Shown piece after piece: positions 38,414 to 53,645 of a stretch of DNA of 64,000 bases. Position 1 is the stretch's first letter. Every line of letters begins with the position of its first letter. The position numbers were made by a program, and so were the translations under genes. The DNA is taken from NCBI GenBank assembly GCA_965153355.1, contig OZ231126.1, forward strand, positions 44,020,001 to 44,084,000, written 5' to 3'. The notes under the pieces were generated by a model that worked only from the letters and a program-made list of their open reading frames with translations, did not search any database and was not told where the DNA came from. The stretch is from Flaccisagitta enflata. Its lineage: Eukaryota.

Positions 38414-38921
38414 GGTTGGGCAGGAGCAGTAATGCAAAAACCGCTCGGAATTCAAAAATGTGACCTACCGACCGACCGACCTACCGACCGACACGGCAAG
38501 GTGTAGAGTCGCGTGTCCGCGACTAAAAAAGGAAAGTAGGAAAGCAAGAAAGAAACAAAGAAACAAAAAAACAACAACAACAAAAAAAACTATGAAAACA
38601 AGGCCGTTTACGACGTATGTACACGTACCTTCAGTCGCCGATGGTTGGGCAGGGGCAGTACAGCAAACAACGCTCTCATTTGAAAAACGTTACCGATGGA
38701 CCAACCGACGGAGCGACCGACGTACCGATACGGCTAATAAGACTAATAAGATAGTAAAACAGACATTGAGTCATTGAGTCATTGAGTCTGAAATGGAAGA
38801 TCCTCGGGTTATTGATACAACTGTTGCTGCCCGTGCGGATCCTAATTGGCTTCCGCTGTTTACAATAAGAGCGATTGATGCCTTTTCAAGTCTTGAGTAC
38901 AAATACACACAAACGACGCGT

Positions 38922-38977
<56 letters not shown>

Positions 38978-39066
38978 TCCATCTGTTGTTGTAGTCGTTT
39001 GATACGGTAGCGGCGGTGTTTGAGTGTGATGGTGGCGACGGATGGATGGAGAATCAGCTGATTTGA

Positions 39067-39142
<76 letters not shown>

Positions 39143-39753
39143 TACATTTTCCCTCTCGCTCTCGCGATTGCCCTACTTTGTCTGACCCTTTCTCTCTCTT
39201 CTGCGCTTGGCCGGCCGAGACGCGTGTCGGTGATGATTATTGTAGACGTCTTCTTTTGTCGGTGTTTGTCTGACCAGAGGAGATCGTGGGAATTTATTGT
39301 GAAAGATTCCCTTTCTATCTTACTGTCTGTCCTTCAATGGTCTACATTGCGAAGTGCCGCGTGTGACGACTTCGTGCGCGTGCGTATATGATTTAGGGAA
39401 GCCGTAGCTATGCCTATTGCCTATGCTGCTTCGATTCTTCCATCCTTTCCTCCTTTCATCCATCCTTCCCTCATCCTTTCATGCTTCCTTCCTTCCTCCC
39501 TGCCTCCCTTCCTTCCTTCCTTCCTTCTTTCCCTCCTTCCTTTCTTCTCTCTGTCCTTTCACTCTTTTTCTTCTTAGATCCTTCCTTTCTTCCGTCATTC
39601 CTTCTTTCCTTCTTTCCTTTCTTCATTCCTTCATTTTCTTCTTTCCTTCCCTCCGTGATTCCTTCTTCATTGTTTTTTTTTCTTTGTTTCTTTTTTTTCC
39701 CTTTTTTTTTTCTTTTTTTTTCTATTTTTTTTTAGGTGCGCCAAAGCACTTCT

Positions 39754-40338
39754 CACTGCCCTCTCATAACAAGATCAGGTAAAAAGTAACATTGCAGTTG
39801 GTTTTTTCATTGTTTTGTATAGAATCTGAGCTCTATTTACTGGAACTAATGAAGACAAAATCTTGTCAAGAGCGCTTTTTGAGATTTTCATGAATATTGA
39901 TGGTTCTCAGCCTTGTTTTGCTTGTAGATTCAACTGGGTATTTCAAAGATATTCTTTGTCAGCAAATTTGTGTTCCCGGTGAAATTTCCATTTATTTGAT
40001 AGGTCACAACATATACTTTTACTTAGAAATAGAATTTTCATTTTTTGAACCACCGTTGCAAAATTGTAACGGTGGCCTAAAATTGGAAAATTGCATTTTT
40101 TGACAAAACCTAGCAAATGAATGGAAATTTCATCAGGAGTTCAAATATGCTGACAAAAAAGATTTTCAAAGTGCCCAGTAGAATCTACATGCAAAACAAA
40201 GCTAAAAACCATCATTTTTCTGAAAATCTCAAACAGTGCTCTTGAAAAGATTTTATCTTTGTTAGTTCCATTAATAGAGCACAGATTCTATACAAAACAA
40301 TGAAAAAACCTACCTGATCTTGCTGTGAGAGGTTAGTG
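39754..40338. mobile_element. Fold-back MITE with CACT...AGTG ends, nested inside a HINE-like element
   Basis: TIRs cactgccctctcataacaagatcaggta / tacctgatcttgctgtgagaggttagtg; inverted similarity over most of its length; flanks TTCT / CTCT; splits the host motif gcac-ctctat. Confidence 0.8.
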
Positions 40339-40515
40339 CTCTATGAGGCTGTGTCCGTCGGTCGGTCGGTCTGTCGGTCGAGTAATGAATTCGTTCGACG
40401 ATCCACCCGGCGCACCTTATTGGCCTACTTGGCCTTGTTTAATTTTCTTTTTCTTTGTCTCTGTTCGTTCGTTTTTTTTCCTTTTCTTCTTCTTTCCTCC
40501 TTAATTTTGTGACTA

Positions 40516-40666
40516 CAGTTAAACCCCGCTTTAACGGATCCAAGAGTAATGGAAACCCGCATATGATGAATTTAAACAATTGGTCTTTTGATGTTTATTT
40601 CTTTAATTTCTTTGTTGGTAATACAAGGATGAGTCACTTGACATCTGTTATTGCGGGGTTTAACTG
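40516..40666. mobile_element. pogo/Tigger-like MITE
   Basis: TA-cagttaaaccccgc...gcggggtttaactg-TA. Confidence 0.8.
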
Positions 40667-41103
40667 TATCATTGTCATTTCCAAACGTTGAGCGTTTCGC
40701 TCATTTTTGGTCACATAACTTGCCAAACGACTCAATAACGAGGGTGTTTCTGTCGGTCCAAAGGTTGGTAACGCGAAATCGGCGGTGTCCATTGCCCCTG
40801 TTCTTTCCTTAAAGCACCCGCCCATCCATAATACTGGGCCTGCTCAATCGCATTACTGCCCTCTGACCACTCGCATTATTGACCTTGCCCACCCGCAAGC
40901 TACTTCTTATTGATCCGGTGTCTGGCCTTGTTCGCGGTATCCCGCGCTTTGAATCCCTAGAGAAGAGCCAAAAGACCTGTTGCCATCTGTCAGCAGCTGC
41001 AATGAGTCGATGAAAGAATCATAAGAATATTACGTTTACACTACTGGATTTATCCCGTTCAGTTTATGCCAGATCGTCTACCGTCTATCGTGAATGTGAT
41101 AGA

Positions 41104-41321
41104 ACAAGGCCAACACATATAAGTCGCGTGCGAGACTTACTACGTGATGACCTAGAATGACTTAGAATGTCTTAGAATACTAAGGAAATAAAATTGATAA
41201 AAAAAAAGTAAAAGTGTGATAGACCGACGGACAGACAAACAGACCGACCGACCGACCGACCGACCGACCGACCGACCGACGGACAAAGTGGGGAGTAGAG
41301 TCACGTGCACGCGACTAAAAA
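41104..41321 (-). mobile_element. HINE/DINE-like element
   Basis: aacaaggcc..., (ccga)n, gtagagtcacgtgcacgcgactaaaaa. Confidence 0.65.
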
Positions 41322-41336
41322 CTCAGTATCGTTAGA

Positions 41337-41736
41337 TACTACGTGAGTAAAAAAACTGCACCTTTTTGTTAGTTGATGATAAAGACAACAATTATTCAAA
41401 TATTGATCTGTTGAAATGATTATGAAGATTTTTGAATTTTCTCTCATTTTAGACCAATCCTAGGTCTGTATCTCAAACCGTTTAGAACTTAGAGCTTCTC
41501 GCAGCGGACTACTACTTATTAAAAATGATCTTGTTCAATAGGATTGCAAAACTGATAATGGCAATGTTTTTACTGTTTCTCATGCCATTTCTAAATGAGT
41601 TAGAAATGTCAGAATGGAATTAAATAAAAGCTCTTTCCAACAGCTTTCCAACGGTCTGTGATTTTGATTAGTTATTTTGAAATTCAATAACAATTAATCA
41701 TTAAAAAGTGCGGTTTTTTTATTGATTCCAGTAGTA
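41337..41736. mobile_element. MITE with imperfect TIRs
   Basis: tactac..taaaaaaaactgcacc versus gtgcggttttttttatt..gtagta. Confidence 0.55.
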
Positions 41737-42183
41737 TGTTTATTGTGCCTCAAAAGAAACTCAAATCGGCCAGAAAAGTGGACTCTGTGTAATCGATCCC
41801 AGGATTCAGTGCTTGGATGCTTGAAATAGAACCTCTCTTGATTCGTATGCATTAGAGACCATTCAGAGACCATTCAGAGGCAAGCTTGAGCCAACAATGA
41901 CATAAGTCCGTTTTTTCTGTCTTTTTACGTAATTTTTACAAAGCCCTCATGGAGAAATATCCAAATTTACATCATGTATTGTGGAGTGAGTTTAGGGACT
42001 TGCTCGTGTCTTACAATCGCTTTTGTGGTGCACTGAGTAGCTGTTTGCCTGCTGTTGAATCTCGACCTAAGGGCAATCCTATAATTTTCAAGGGTACTGT
42101 CATGTCGACTTCAAAGTCAAAACCTTTTCATTGTTACATTGTAAAAAGATGATGATTTAAGGTACCATTGAAGCTGCAGCAAT

Positions 42184-42227
<44 letters not shown>

Positions 42228-42498
42228 ATAGAAAATAGTTAGAAGTGTCTCTTTTCCACATTTTCAAGTTGGAAGTTCTTCTCTTCGATAGCCTTCGGAG
42301 ATTTGTTGTAATTTATTATTTGTACCCAGATTCGAAATTGAACAAAGGGCAGACTCTTTTTCTAGGCCGAAATCGTCAATTTCTTGGGATAAGAAACGAA
42401 TCTAGTTCACAATTTTCAGTACTGAATGAAAAAAAAACTTGCTTTAAAAATTTTGACAAAAAAAGTGAAAAATTGAACAAAACGCAAAATTTCTCTTC

Positions 42499-42608
<110 letters not shown>

Positions 42609-42971
42609 CCTTTTTACATAAAGAGGTTTTGACATTCCGTTCGATTTTTATGAGGATTTGCCCTACAAAACTTTAGTCTGTCTTTAAAGAGAAAGAGAGT
42701 TTAGCCCCTGGTTAAATACTGCCCTACATAACTGTTAATTCGACAGCTGCAAGCGACCATTTTGAATTAAAAGAATAACGTCAAGTATTTATCACCCTAA
42801 AACTCTACTCAAAAAGAAGTCTATCCTCTTTTTTTTTTTGTGGTTAACGATTTGTTTTTTGAGAAGATTTTTTTTGTTAATATGTTTCTTTTTCACTCCT
42901 TTTCTATCAATACTGTGGGCACTCTCATTTGTAGCACGGGCATTTGTAGCATGCCTTACCCATCAATATTT

Positions 42972-43293
42972 CAGGGGTGTGTATAAGTGAGCGGCTTTTG
43001 ATTTTATTCCCCCTTGCCTTTGATTTTCTTCCCCAGTGATGCGTCGCCTTACAAAATCTTAAATTTTTTGTCTCTGAAAGCTATAAAACAGTATATTTTA
43101 GGTTTGAATAGTGTTAAATTGTGTTACAGTAACAACACTTTACCTTTTGGTACTGCCAAAAGTGTTAAATCATTAAAAATGTTTTTTTTTCTTTTTCTCC
43201 AGCTTTTGATTTTCTTCCCTATCTCCAAACCCTTTGATTTTATTCCCCCCCACCGCGCGGGGGGGGGGGAATACTCAACTTTATACACGCCTG
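42972..43293. mobile_element. hAT-type MITE
   Basis: Perfect 8-bp target site duplication CAATATTT on both sides; ends CAGGGGTGTGTATAA / TTATACACGCCTG. Confidence 0.85.
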
Positions 43294-43801
43294 CAATATT
43301 TTACTTGGCCTGATTGTTTCCTTCTCAGCTCTGGGCTTTCCTGTAACTTCCTCTTTTATTTCATTCGTTCATGAATCTGAGCTGCAGGTTTTTAGTCGCG
43401 AACTCTTTGAGAGGCGGTGCCAGTCCATCCGTCGCGTTGGCCCGTCTTTTTGTCCGTTCGTTGGTCAATCATGTTGGATGCGGTTAATGAGAGGTCATGT
43501 CCGACTGTCCGTTGGCCGATTATTTAGCCGATCGGTTTGTCACGCATTCGTCAAAACCATTCGATCTCCAAGACTTTCTACACGAAAACTACCACACATG
43601 CCTTACCACATAGATTTGTACATTTAGCCGTCATTCATTTTTTCATTCATTCATTCATTCATTCATTCATTCATTCATTCATTCATTCATAAGATCATAT
43701 ACGACCGGATTAAATATCTCGAATGTTCACTCTTGTTTAGTTTCACATATTGGCCATAACTAGGCCTTGTTTCTTTCATTCTCTCTTCCTATGTTTCTTT
43801 G

Positions 43802-43887
<86 letters not shown>

Positions 43888-43969
43888 TTTCTTTTCTTTT
43901 CTTTTCTTTTCTTTCATTCTTTCTTTCTCTCTTTTTCTTTACTTCATTTTTTTTTCTCCAATAAATACT

Positions 43970-44063
<94 letters not shown>

Positions 44064-44324
44064 CAAGAGATAATGACTAAATATAAGCAATTCTGCATGG
44101 CCTTATAAGGGACGTTGGCCTGCATGCCATGGTTTGCTTTCGGCCGCTCTCGGTCGGTCTCAACCGCTCTCGGTCGCTCTCGCCGCGCCTTACTTCCAAG
44201 CAGAGATATCCAGCGGTCAGTTGTCACGCGCTAACGCAAATCTTGACAGATGGTTTTCTTTTTCTCTCCAAGTTCGCCGCTCTCTTTCCCTCTCAGTGCC
44301 ATCGTCTGTTTCACTGTTTTCGTC

Positions 44325-44355
<31 letters not shown>

Positions 44356-44450
44356 CAGTGTTTCACTGTCAGTCTGTTTCACTTTTTCTCTATCTCTCTG
44401 CCTCTCTCTATCTCTCTCTGTCTCCCTCTGTCTCTCTGTCTCCCTCTGTC

Positions 44451-44667
<217 letters not shown>

Positions 44668-45327
44668 GTCCTTATGTAAGAAGAACCTCACTGCGACATT
44701 TTCTTTGTCAGCACTTTTTGCATCTCACAAATCTTCAGTCTTTCTGTTTTCTTTCTGCTGATCTACAGATCTAGTTGAGAAAAGGAGGGGGAAATTCTGT
44801 CAGGGTTTCTTCCAAGTTGAATGTCCTTCCAATGCCACGCCAAAACTGAAAGGAACGCCTTGACAAAGAAAGAAAAGAGAATATTTTGCACGTTTTTTTT
44901 TCCTTCATTTCATTTTCTACGTTTTCAAAGCATCGATATATTGTCAAGGAAGTGAACGAAGAAAGATTTTTCAGAGTAAAAAAAAATCGCGGCATTTCTT
45001 CTTATTCTGCATGCTGCTTCTCGAATTTTGACTCGCTTCCTATTCAAATGAAAAAAGAAAAAAAAAATCATCCTATTTCAAATTCAATTAGTAAAGCAGA
45101 AACGCGTAACGGAATTGGACTGAACTCGATCGATCACGAACGCGCCGCCGATTCGCTGGTTGGGCGTCAAGGCGGAGAGATCGGAGCCGTGATTGGATAC
45201 TCGATCCCGCTTACCTCGTTCCGTATTACGTTACAATTTGTTGTGTCATTCATTGAATTTGTGAAATTTTGAAGAAAAAAAAAGTAAGAGAGAAAAAAAG
45301 AAAGAACTTTTGGGGAAATGGAGAAGT

Positions 45328-45384
<57 letters not shown>

Positions 45385-45498
45385 CTTTCAGGAAGATGAA
45401 AAAAGCTCTGCTCTAGTCTTTTATTTCAATTCTTTCTTTCTGGCTTCCTGTCTGAATACCTGTCCTTATCACTATCTGTCTGTCGGTCTATCCATCGT

Positions 45499-45614
<116 letters not shown>

Positions 45615-46129
45615 ACAACACATTATTGGCGTGGAGGTTATTTTGGGGGGCTAGCCGGCCAAACCGGGACATTGTACTGTTCAGAGAAAAAGGAGCCCCT
45701 TTCTTTCTTTATCTCGCAAGGAAAAAAAATTTCCCGCTGCGACAGAGAATGTGGGTCTATGCGGCAGCGTATGCTGCAATATTTTACACTGCATCCTCTC
45801 GGCGCGGCAGTGACGCGCATATTTACAGGGAGAAGAAGTCGGTCGAGGGCCGGCAGTCCTTTTCTCAACCCAAGGCTGCCCTCGCTCCTCCCTCTGCCCT
45901 CCTTTTCTTCGGGACGCATTTTCCTTTCTTTTTCTTTTTTCTTTACCAATTCATCTTTCTTTTATCCCTTCTTTTCCCTTTTTCTATTTTTCTCCTTCAT
46001 CTGTTTCTAGCTTCCACTTTCTTTCATTTTCTTCATCTTTCTTCCTTGTACTGATCCGCGTGTGTTTTTTTTCTGACGAGGTGTGTGCACTGTGCAGGTT
46101 CCCTCTCTTTCTTCAATTCGGCTTCTCTC

Positions 46130-46236
<107 letters not shown>

Positions 46237-48004
46237 CTTTTCTGCGGCGAGGACAAAGGCTAGGCCAAGGCCCAAGGACAAGGTCGTCGGGAGGATCCTT
46301 CGTTGTATTGCCGTCTTTACAGAAAACCTGCAATGAAGTCGACGACCGGACCAGAGACAGAGACAGAGGCAGAGACAGAGACAGAGACAGAGATGGATGC
46401 AGAAACAGAGAAGGCCGTCTTATTAAATTTCAGAGCATCTCTCCTCAGTCTTGAATGACATTTCGAGGCCAAAAGGAACCGATTAAACTGGATGCGTGAA
46501 GGCATTTCGACAAATGGAACGCATTCTGCAACTCTATTGCAGACCTTGAGATGAATTCTTTGAGCCATTTTTTGGGGGGTTTCAATTCATTGTATTGGAT
46601 GGGCAGCTGGGTTTTGTAGCGAGATCTGATTCTGAATTCCATATCTTAGAGTTGTATCGGAACTGCTGTATGTGGTGACTTGTGAGCAATCCGTGAGATA
46701 AACGCAGTGTGATGGCAATATGCTCCATGACGAAGCTGTGATATTTCTTCCCTAAGTCAGCTTAGAGTACAAGCTCTAAATCAGTCTTTATCTGTATTCA
46801 GTTTCCTCAAGAAGGCGGGGTTTGAAAACGTAAGGTTGAATTTTGTTGTGGTGAGATCGACAGACCGATATACTTACATGTTTGAACTTTTCCAACAAAG
46901 ACCTAGATACTGCATTTCTTTCTTCTTTCTCTTAGATTCGTTTCTTTGTTACTGCACTATCAATCACGCTTAATTGCGGCACAACGCTTGCTTTGTCATG
47001 TATCTCTTGACGGATTAGATAAATACGCGCTGAGCGGCCGTGGAGAAGAACAAGAACAAGTACAAGACCTTGATAGCCTTTGTTCTTCTGTCGTTTTCCG
47101 CGGGTAAACGGTCAGCCAGATGATGATGAGAGGGAGGAAGAGGAGCAGGAGGAGGAGGAGGAGGAGGAGAAGAAGCAGTAATGGAGGTCTGTGAAGGAAG
47201 AAGTGAAAGTCCAGGGCCCTGCAGGGGAGGAAGGGCATTTGATATTGATACTATTGGCAAGGGAGGAAAGGGATGAGTCGGGGGGGGGGGGGGGGGAGGG
47301 AGGAAGGCGAGAAGGGAGGAAAGCGAAAGCGGCTCGTTAACTTTTCATTTCTCTTTGTCCGCGCGTCTTCGTGGCCAAGTTCGCGTCTATTTGCTTCTTT
47401 ATTTGTACCTCGCAGTATAGAGAAACGAAGAGGGAAGTAGGAAGTAGGAAGTGCTGAGTGTCTTTCATCTCCTCTTTGTGTACATCTTAAATGGGCTTTC
47501 TCTTTTTTATTCTGCTTGATTGACCTTGATACTGTCTTTGTATCTGCGGCTGAATGTGAAAAAGAAAGCTTATTCCTTCCCTTTTTTTTTATCGGTTACA
47601 TAGACATCGGCCTTGAACCATCATTATTCATTGCGCTTTTTTTTCAGATTCTTATGGACACGAGTAACGCTTTGATTTTTGTCAGTAAACAAAAAAACTT
47701 GTTTGTCTTGAGACGATCTCGTGTGCAATGATCATTTCATGCAGACCATACCTGTTACCTAGTCATTATGAACAAATGACGAATACTTTGCTATAATGTA
47801 AGTCCAGCCAGCCAGAAAGAGGGTTTGATTGATCTGTTGCCGTTTTAAACAATTTTCTTCAGATTACTTCGCGTTTAACAACGTAGTAGAATTTTTAAGT
47901 TGAAGGCTTAAGACTGAGTCAAAGAGAGAGGTAAAATATAAAACGGGAAGTCCTTCGTTTTTTACCTGCGCTGAGTCAAGCATTGACTGACGCAATGACG
48001 CGTG

Positions 48005-48082
<78 letters not shown>

Positions 48083-48106
48083 AAGAAAGAAAAAAAGAAA
48101 AAAATA

Positions 48107-48173
<67 letters not shown>

Positions 48174-48938
48174 GAAGAAGAAAAATAAGAAAGGACGAAT
48201 AGGACAAAGTATAAAAGAACCACACAAAGTACAAACTAGAAAAGTAGGGAAAAAAAAGAAAAGGGAAGAAGGGAGAAGTGAGAGGTGAGAGGAGGGCATG
48301 AAAAAGAACAAAAGGAAAGAAATTGTGACAGAATAGAATAAAATGAAAAGTAGAGAGAAAAGAGATAGAAAAGAAAGAAAGAGAGCGAGAGACAAATTAA
48401 GAAATCACGAGGAAAGAAATAAAGAAAGAAAGAATGACAATATGAAAGGAACAAGTCCTCCAAGGATCCCTCTACTGCTGTTTTGAGGTAGTGGGGTGAC
48501 GGCAGGGCAGAGGCCTCAAAGGGCTATGTCCTGTAGAACACAGGAGTGAACCGCTACGTCCGTTTGTCTATCAGTCCGTGACTGATTTTAGGAGGGTTGA
48601 CTAATTCTAGGCCTATAAGTATGAGATTAGTTAAGGGTTTGAGCGATTTGGGCTGGGTTTTGGGCCTGGACGCAGAAATTTTATCCTTTCAGTCTGGATT
48701 TTGTCTTACAGGCTAGGTTTTTGGCTTAAAAGCTGGAATTTGAGCCTTATAGTTAGGATTTGGGCCAACAGGCTGTCATTCTGGTCTCGTGGCTGGGATT
48801 TTGGCCAACCGGTTGGGATTTGGGCCTCTAGGTTGAGATTTGGGCCTTGAGTCCTCAGGAGGGGGAATGGACAGACAGACAAGAAAGCAAGAAAGAAAGA
48901 AAGAAAGAAAGAAAGATCGAAAAAGAAAGAAAGAAAAA

Positions 48939-48979
<41 letters not shown>

Positions 48980-49234
48980 CGAAAGGACAAGAAAAAAGAA
49001 AGAAGGAAAGAGATAGTAAGGTGGATCGGAGAATATATAAGGAGACGAGGTTCTTTTGGATCATTCTCTCGCGAGAATTTGAGCGATGCTCACCTTTTGA
49101 CATTTGCAATGGAAAGGAGCCGGGCCGAGGGCCGGGCCGAGGGCCGGGTGTAATTGTAAACCTCTTTACGTGAGGGGCGGGAGGCCGAGAGTGTCGCCAT
49201 ACCGTGTTTGCGGAGAGCAGAATAGGACAGTTGC

Positions 49235-49336
<102 letters not shown>

Positions 49337-50450
49337 AGAGGCAGAAAGCACGACAAACACGCAGGCAGACAGACAGACAGACAGACAGACAGATAGACAA
49401 ACATACAATCACAGAGACTAACGTAGTGACATTCGTTAGGATAGAAGAACAGATAGAGTTCAGTCAACAAAGTAACCTAGCGACTAAATGCTTTGATTTA
49501 GGGTCATGAACATTTGACAAAACTAAGTGGACAAAAGCAGCTATGTTGACTAGAGAAAAACCACTAAGCCTTGACATACAATTTCAAAACTAGACCCCAA
49601 TGACTAAAGCGTCTATTAACAATCGGTTACATTTGGGTAAAATTGCACGGTGTTTTCCCAAAAGGGCCTACAAAAATTTTGTATTTCGCTGCCATCCCAA
49701 CGAGGGTCAATTGAGTGACCAAGGTCATGCAACGGTTTTTTCGATATATCGAAGAACCTATGCTTAGCTTTGCTGACCCAAATCTAGGTATGGCAAATTT
49801 TGAAATTCAGTGAATTTTAAAGGCGCTCTTTCTTTTTCCTTCTATTCATTACAATAAACCAACGCTCGCTTTTGTATTACGACACAAAGGGACGAGAAGT
49901 TAATGCCGCCTGTATAAACTCCCCATTTTTGACTTACAATTTCCGACGTATTTAACCTTCATGGGGTCTCGATTGTAAGTCGATTGCAACCCCCGTGGAT
50001 TCATCTTCCTGTGTGTATTTTCATCGAGTTTCGGGATTGTGTAAGGAGAACGCACTCACAATGGGGAGGTTTTCTTTTATACATTTCCTCATTTTCCTCT
50101 ATTGTAACTATGGGGCTGTATTATTGTTATATCGACCAACGTTCAATGTCATCGCGCGCGTCAACCAATTCATACCCCATCAACCAATGGACGTTTGAAT
50201 TGAGAGAGAGAATGAATACAATCATTACAAAGTCGTAAATGTTGGTTTGTTTTGTGAAGGAGGTCGCCGTCTTAATTCCGCCACGCTAATCTCTGTCTGT
50301 CTGTCACTTTGTCTCTCTGTCATCTTGTCTATTTGTCTGTCCAACTGCTTGTTTATCTGACCTTTTCTCATTATGCGTCTGTTTGTCTCTGCCCATTTTT
50401 ACCTGTGTGTCTTTCTGTCCCTGTCTCCGTCTGTCTGTCTGTCTGTCTGT

Positions 50451-50611
<161 letters not shown>

Positions 50612-50709
50612 CTCTTCTTCCGCTACTTCCATTCACACTCAATCAGTTTTGCACAGAATCAAGAAGGAAGAAGGAGAGAATTTAGATCAGATTGTAAGTT
50701 CTCTCTCTC

Positions 50710-50790
<81 letters not shown>

Positions 50791-50794
50791 TTTT

Positions 50795-50846
<52 letters not shown>

Positions 50847-50936
50847 TTTTTCTTTTTTTCTTTTTTTCCTTTTCACTACCTTCTTATCTCCCCCTCCCGT
50901 TTCTTCCTTCCATTCCTTTCTTTTTTTTTCTTTTTT

Positions 50937-50996
<60 letters not shown>

Positions 50997-51021
50997 ACTT
51001 CCGTTCTTTCTTTCTTTCTTT

Positions 51022-51107
<86 letters not shown>

Positions 51108-51489
51108 TTTTCTTTTTCTTTTCTTTTCTTTTCTTTCTTTCTTTCTTTCTTTTCTTTCTTTTCTTTCTTTTCTTTTCTTTTCTTTCTTTCTTTTCTTTTC
51201 TTTTCTTTCTTTCTTTTCTTTTCTTTCTTTCTTTCTTTCTTTTCTTTTCTTTTCTTTTCTTTCTTTTCTTTCTTTTCTTTCTTTCCTTTCTTTTCTTTCT
51301 TTTGTTTCTTGTCTTTCTTTTCTTTCCTTTCTTTCCTTTCTTTCTTTTCTTTCTTTTCTTTTCTTTTTCTGGTTTGTCTTTTCACTTCCTTCCCTCGATC
51401 CTTCCTTTCTTCCTTCCTCCTCTCAATCTACCCTTCTTTCCTTCTGTGCTTCCTTCCCTCTTTCCTCTCTCCTTACTTTGATCCTCATT

Positions 51490-51890
51490 GGGCAGCGGCC
51501 CCGAAGGGGTCAATGACCTATGCTTTCACACAGGGGAATTTTCTCCTCCTCCTCCTTTTCCTTCTTCTCCATCTCCGTACCCCCCCCCACCTCCAGGCCC
51601 ATATCTCGGTCTTGAAGCCCATATCCCAGCCTTGAGGCCCAAATCCCAGACTTGAGGCCCAAATCCCAGCCTCAAGGCCCAAATCCTAGCCTCAAGGCCT
51701 AAATCTCAGCCTGGAGGCCCAGATTTCAGTCTTGAAGCCCAAATCTGGAGGTGGGGAAGGAGAGGAGGAAAGGAGGAAAAATTCCTGTGTGAAAGCATCA
51801 TCATCGACCTGGGACCTCCTCCTCCTCAACTTTCACAAACTACTAAGGCAGGGCACGGGTACCGCTGACCATCTAACGCTTTTGCGACTA
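51490..51890 (+). repeat. Composite repeat with 20-bp array
   Basis: gggcagcggccccgaagggg...(aggcccaaatcccagcctc)n...cagggcacgggtaccgctgacc. Confidence 0.75.
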
Positions 51891-52233
51891 TATTTAACGT
51901 ACCTTTTTACCTGGCCTTCTATGATTCTATCATTCCCTCTTTTGCTTACGTGAAGGGAAGAAAAAACTTGTTTTTTTACTTCGTCGCGTTTTCGTTGACG
52001 ACTGACAAAGTGACAAAATCCATGAATAAACGCCGTTGAAGGACAAAAAACGGACCTACAAATGACGGACATTCAAAAGATAGACTTTCAAAAGAACGGA
52101 CTTACAAAAGAGCGGACTTACAATAGACGGACATGCAAATGTGGAATGAAGCGGATGATTGCTCAAGGTTAGGGAAGAATAAGGACGGAGTTGATTTTCA
52201 AAGGAAAAAATACATAAAGATAAATCTGTCTCA

Positions 52234-52396
<163 letters not shown>

Positions 52397-52399
52397 CTG

Positions 52400-52555
<156 letters not shown>

Positions 52556-53021
52556 GTTCCACATGCGTAGAGACGTCCTTCGGACTTACAATCATGAATA
52601 ATCCGCTTATTATTATTGTTGTTGTTGTTGTCGTTGTATTTCCGCGTCCTTATTCTTATTTTCTTCTCTTTTCTGTATATTTGCATTACAATAGTTTTTA
52701 TTTTGTGTAAGCGGGTTCATCAGAACCTCAAATCCTAGAAACGCCGATCTGCGTGATGAGATTCGTATAAACTATAACTTTTTGTTGCAAAGCTTAATGC
52801 AGATTAAAGATTTATAGATCGGCGAGCATTAATAACTCACGTTATTCTCGCCTCAGTGGATAGGAAGTACAGCTACAACTTGATTTGATGGAAATCGGGC
52901 AGTGCAATGGTAGAAACGGTTTAAAAGTCCCTTGATTTGAAGAGAAACAAAATTTAAGCATGCGTTATCTTAAAGTGGATAACCTAACAGTTCGATCTAC
53001 ATGTTACAAAAAGTTTTTCAC

Positions 53022-53183
53022 TTTTTAGTTGCGGACACGCAACTCTATAAGAGGCTTTGTCCGTCGGTCCGTCGGTCCGTCCGTTGGTCCGTCCGTGGAC
53101 ACGAGTCGAAAATTGGGAAAACACGCTTTTCCGCCCCTGCCCACCCGTCCGCAACTGGTATGGGCCGTGTATCCGGCCTTGTT
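53022..53183 (+). mobile_element. Short HINE/DINE-like element
   Basis: Same family as 3563-3731. Confidence 0.7.
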
Positions 53184-53318
53184 CTCCTTTAGCTCAAAAT
53201 GATGCCTATTTGCATATATGCCCATATGTCTATAGTTATTCATTATTATCTGATTTGTGACGATAGGTTTCCTGATCCTACGTTAGGGTGATCATTCTGA
53301 TCGGGTTCTGCCCGCTAT

Positions 53319-53645
53319 TTTGTTGTTGTTGTGGTTGTTGTCAACCGGGGGAGTCTACCCGGGCGAGATGAGCATGATCAATTTTGATCATGAATGCGGC
53401 ATCGCGATCCACAACGTAGAGTCATGCCATTGGACAGTTTAGGTGTAAGATTCCTATCAATGTCGTTTCAGCTCGCTATCAGCTTCAACCATTGAGGGAA
53501 CTTTATTTCAATCATAGAGACACGTTACTCTAGCAATGCTACGTCTGACTCTGAGCAGGGAATGCGGACTGGGATCGATCCCGCAACTTTTCCATCCAGA
53601 GGCAATTCGGCAAGAGCATTAATCACTCGGCCACAACGCACCCCC
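53319..53645 (-). mobile_element. Probable tRNA-derived SINE
   Basis: The minus strand starts ggggtgcgttgTGGCCGAGTGAtta (A box-like), then GGATCGATCCC (B box-like), and ends in a (CAA)n tail. Confidence 0.55.
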
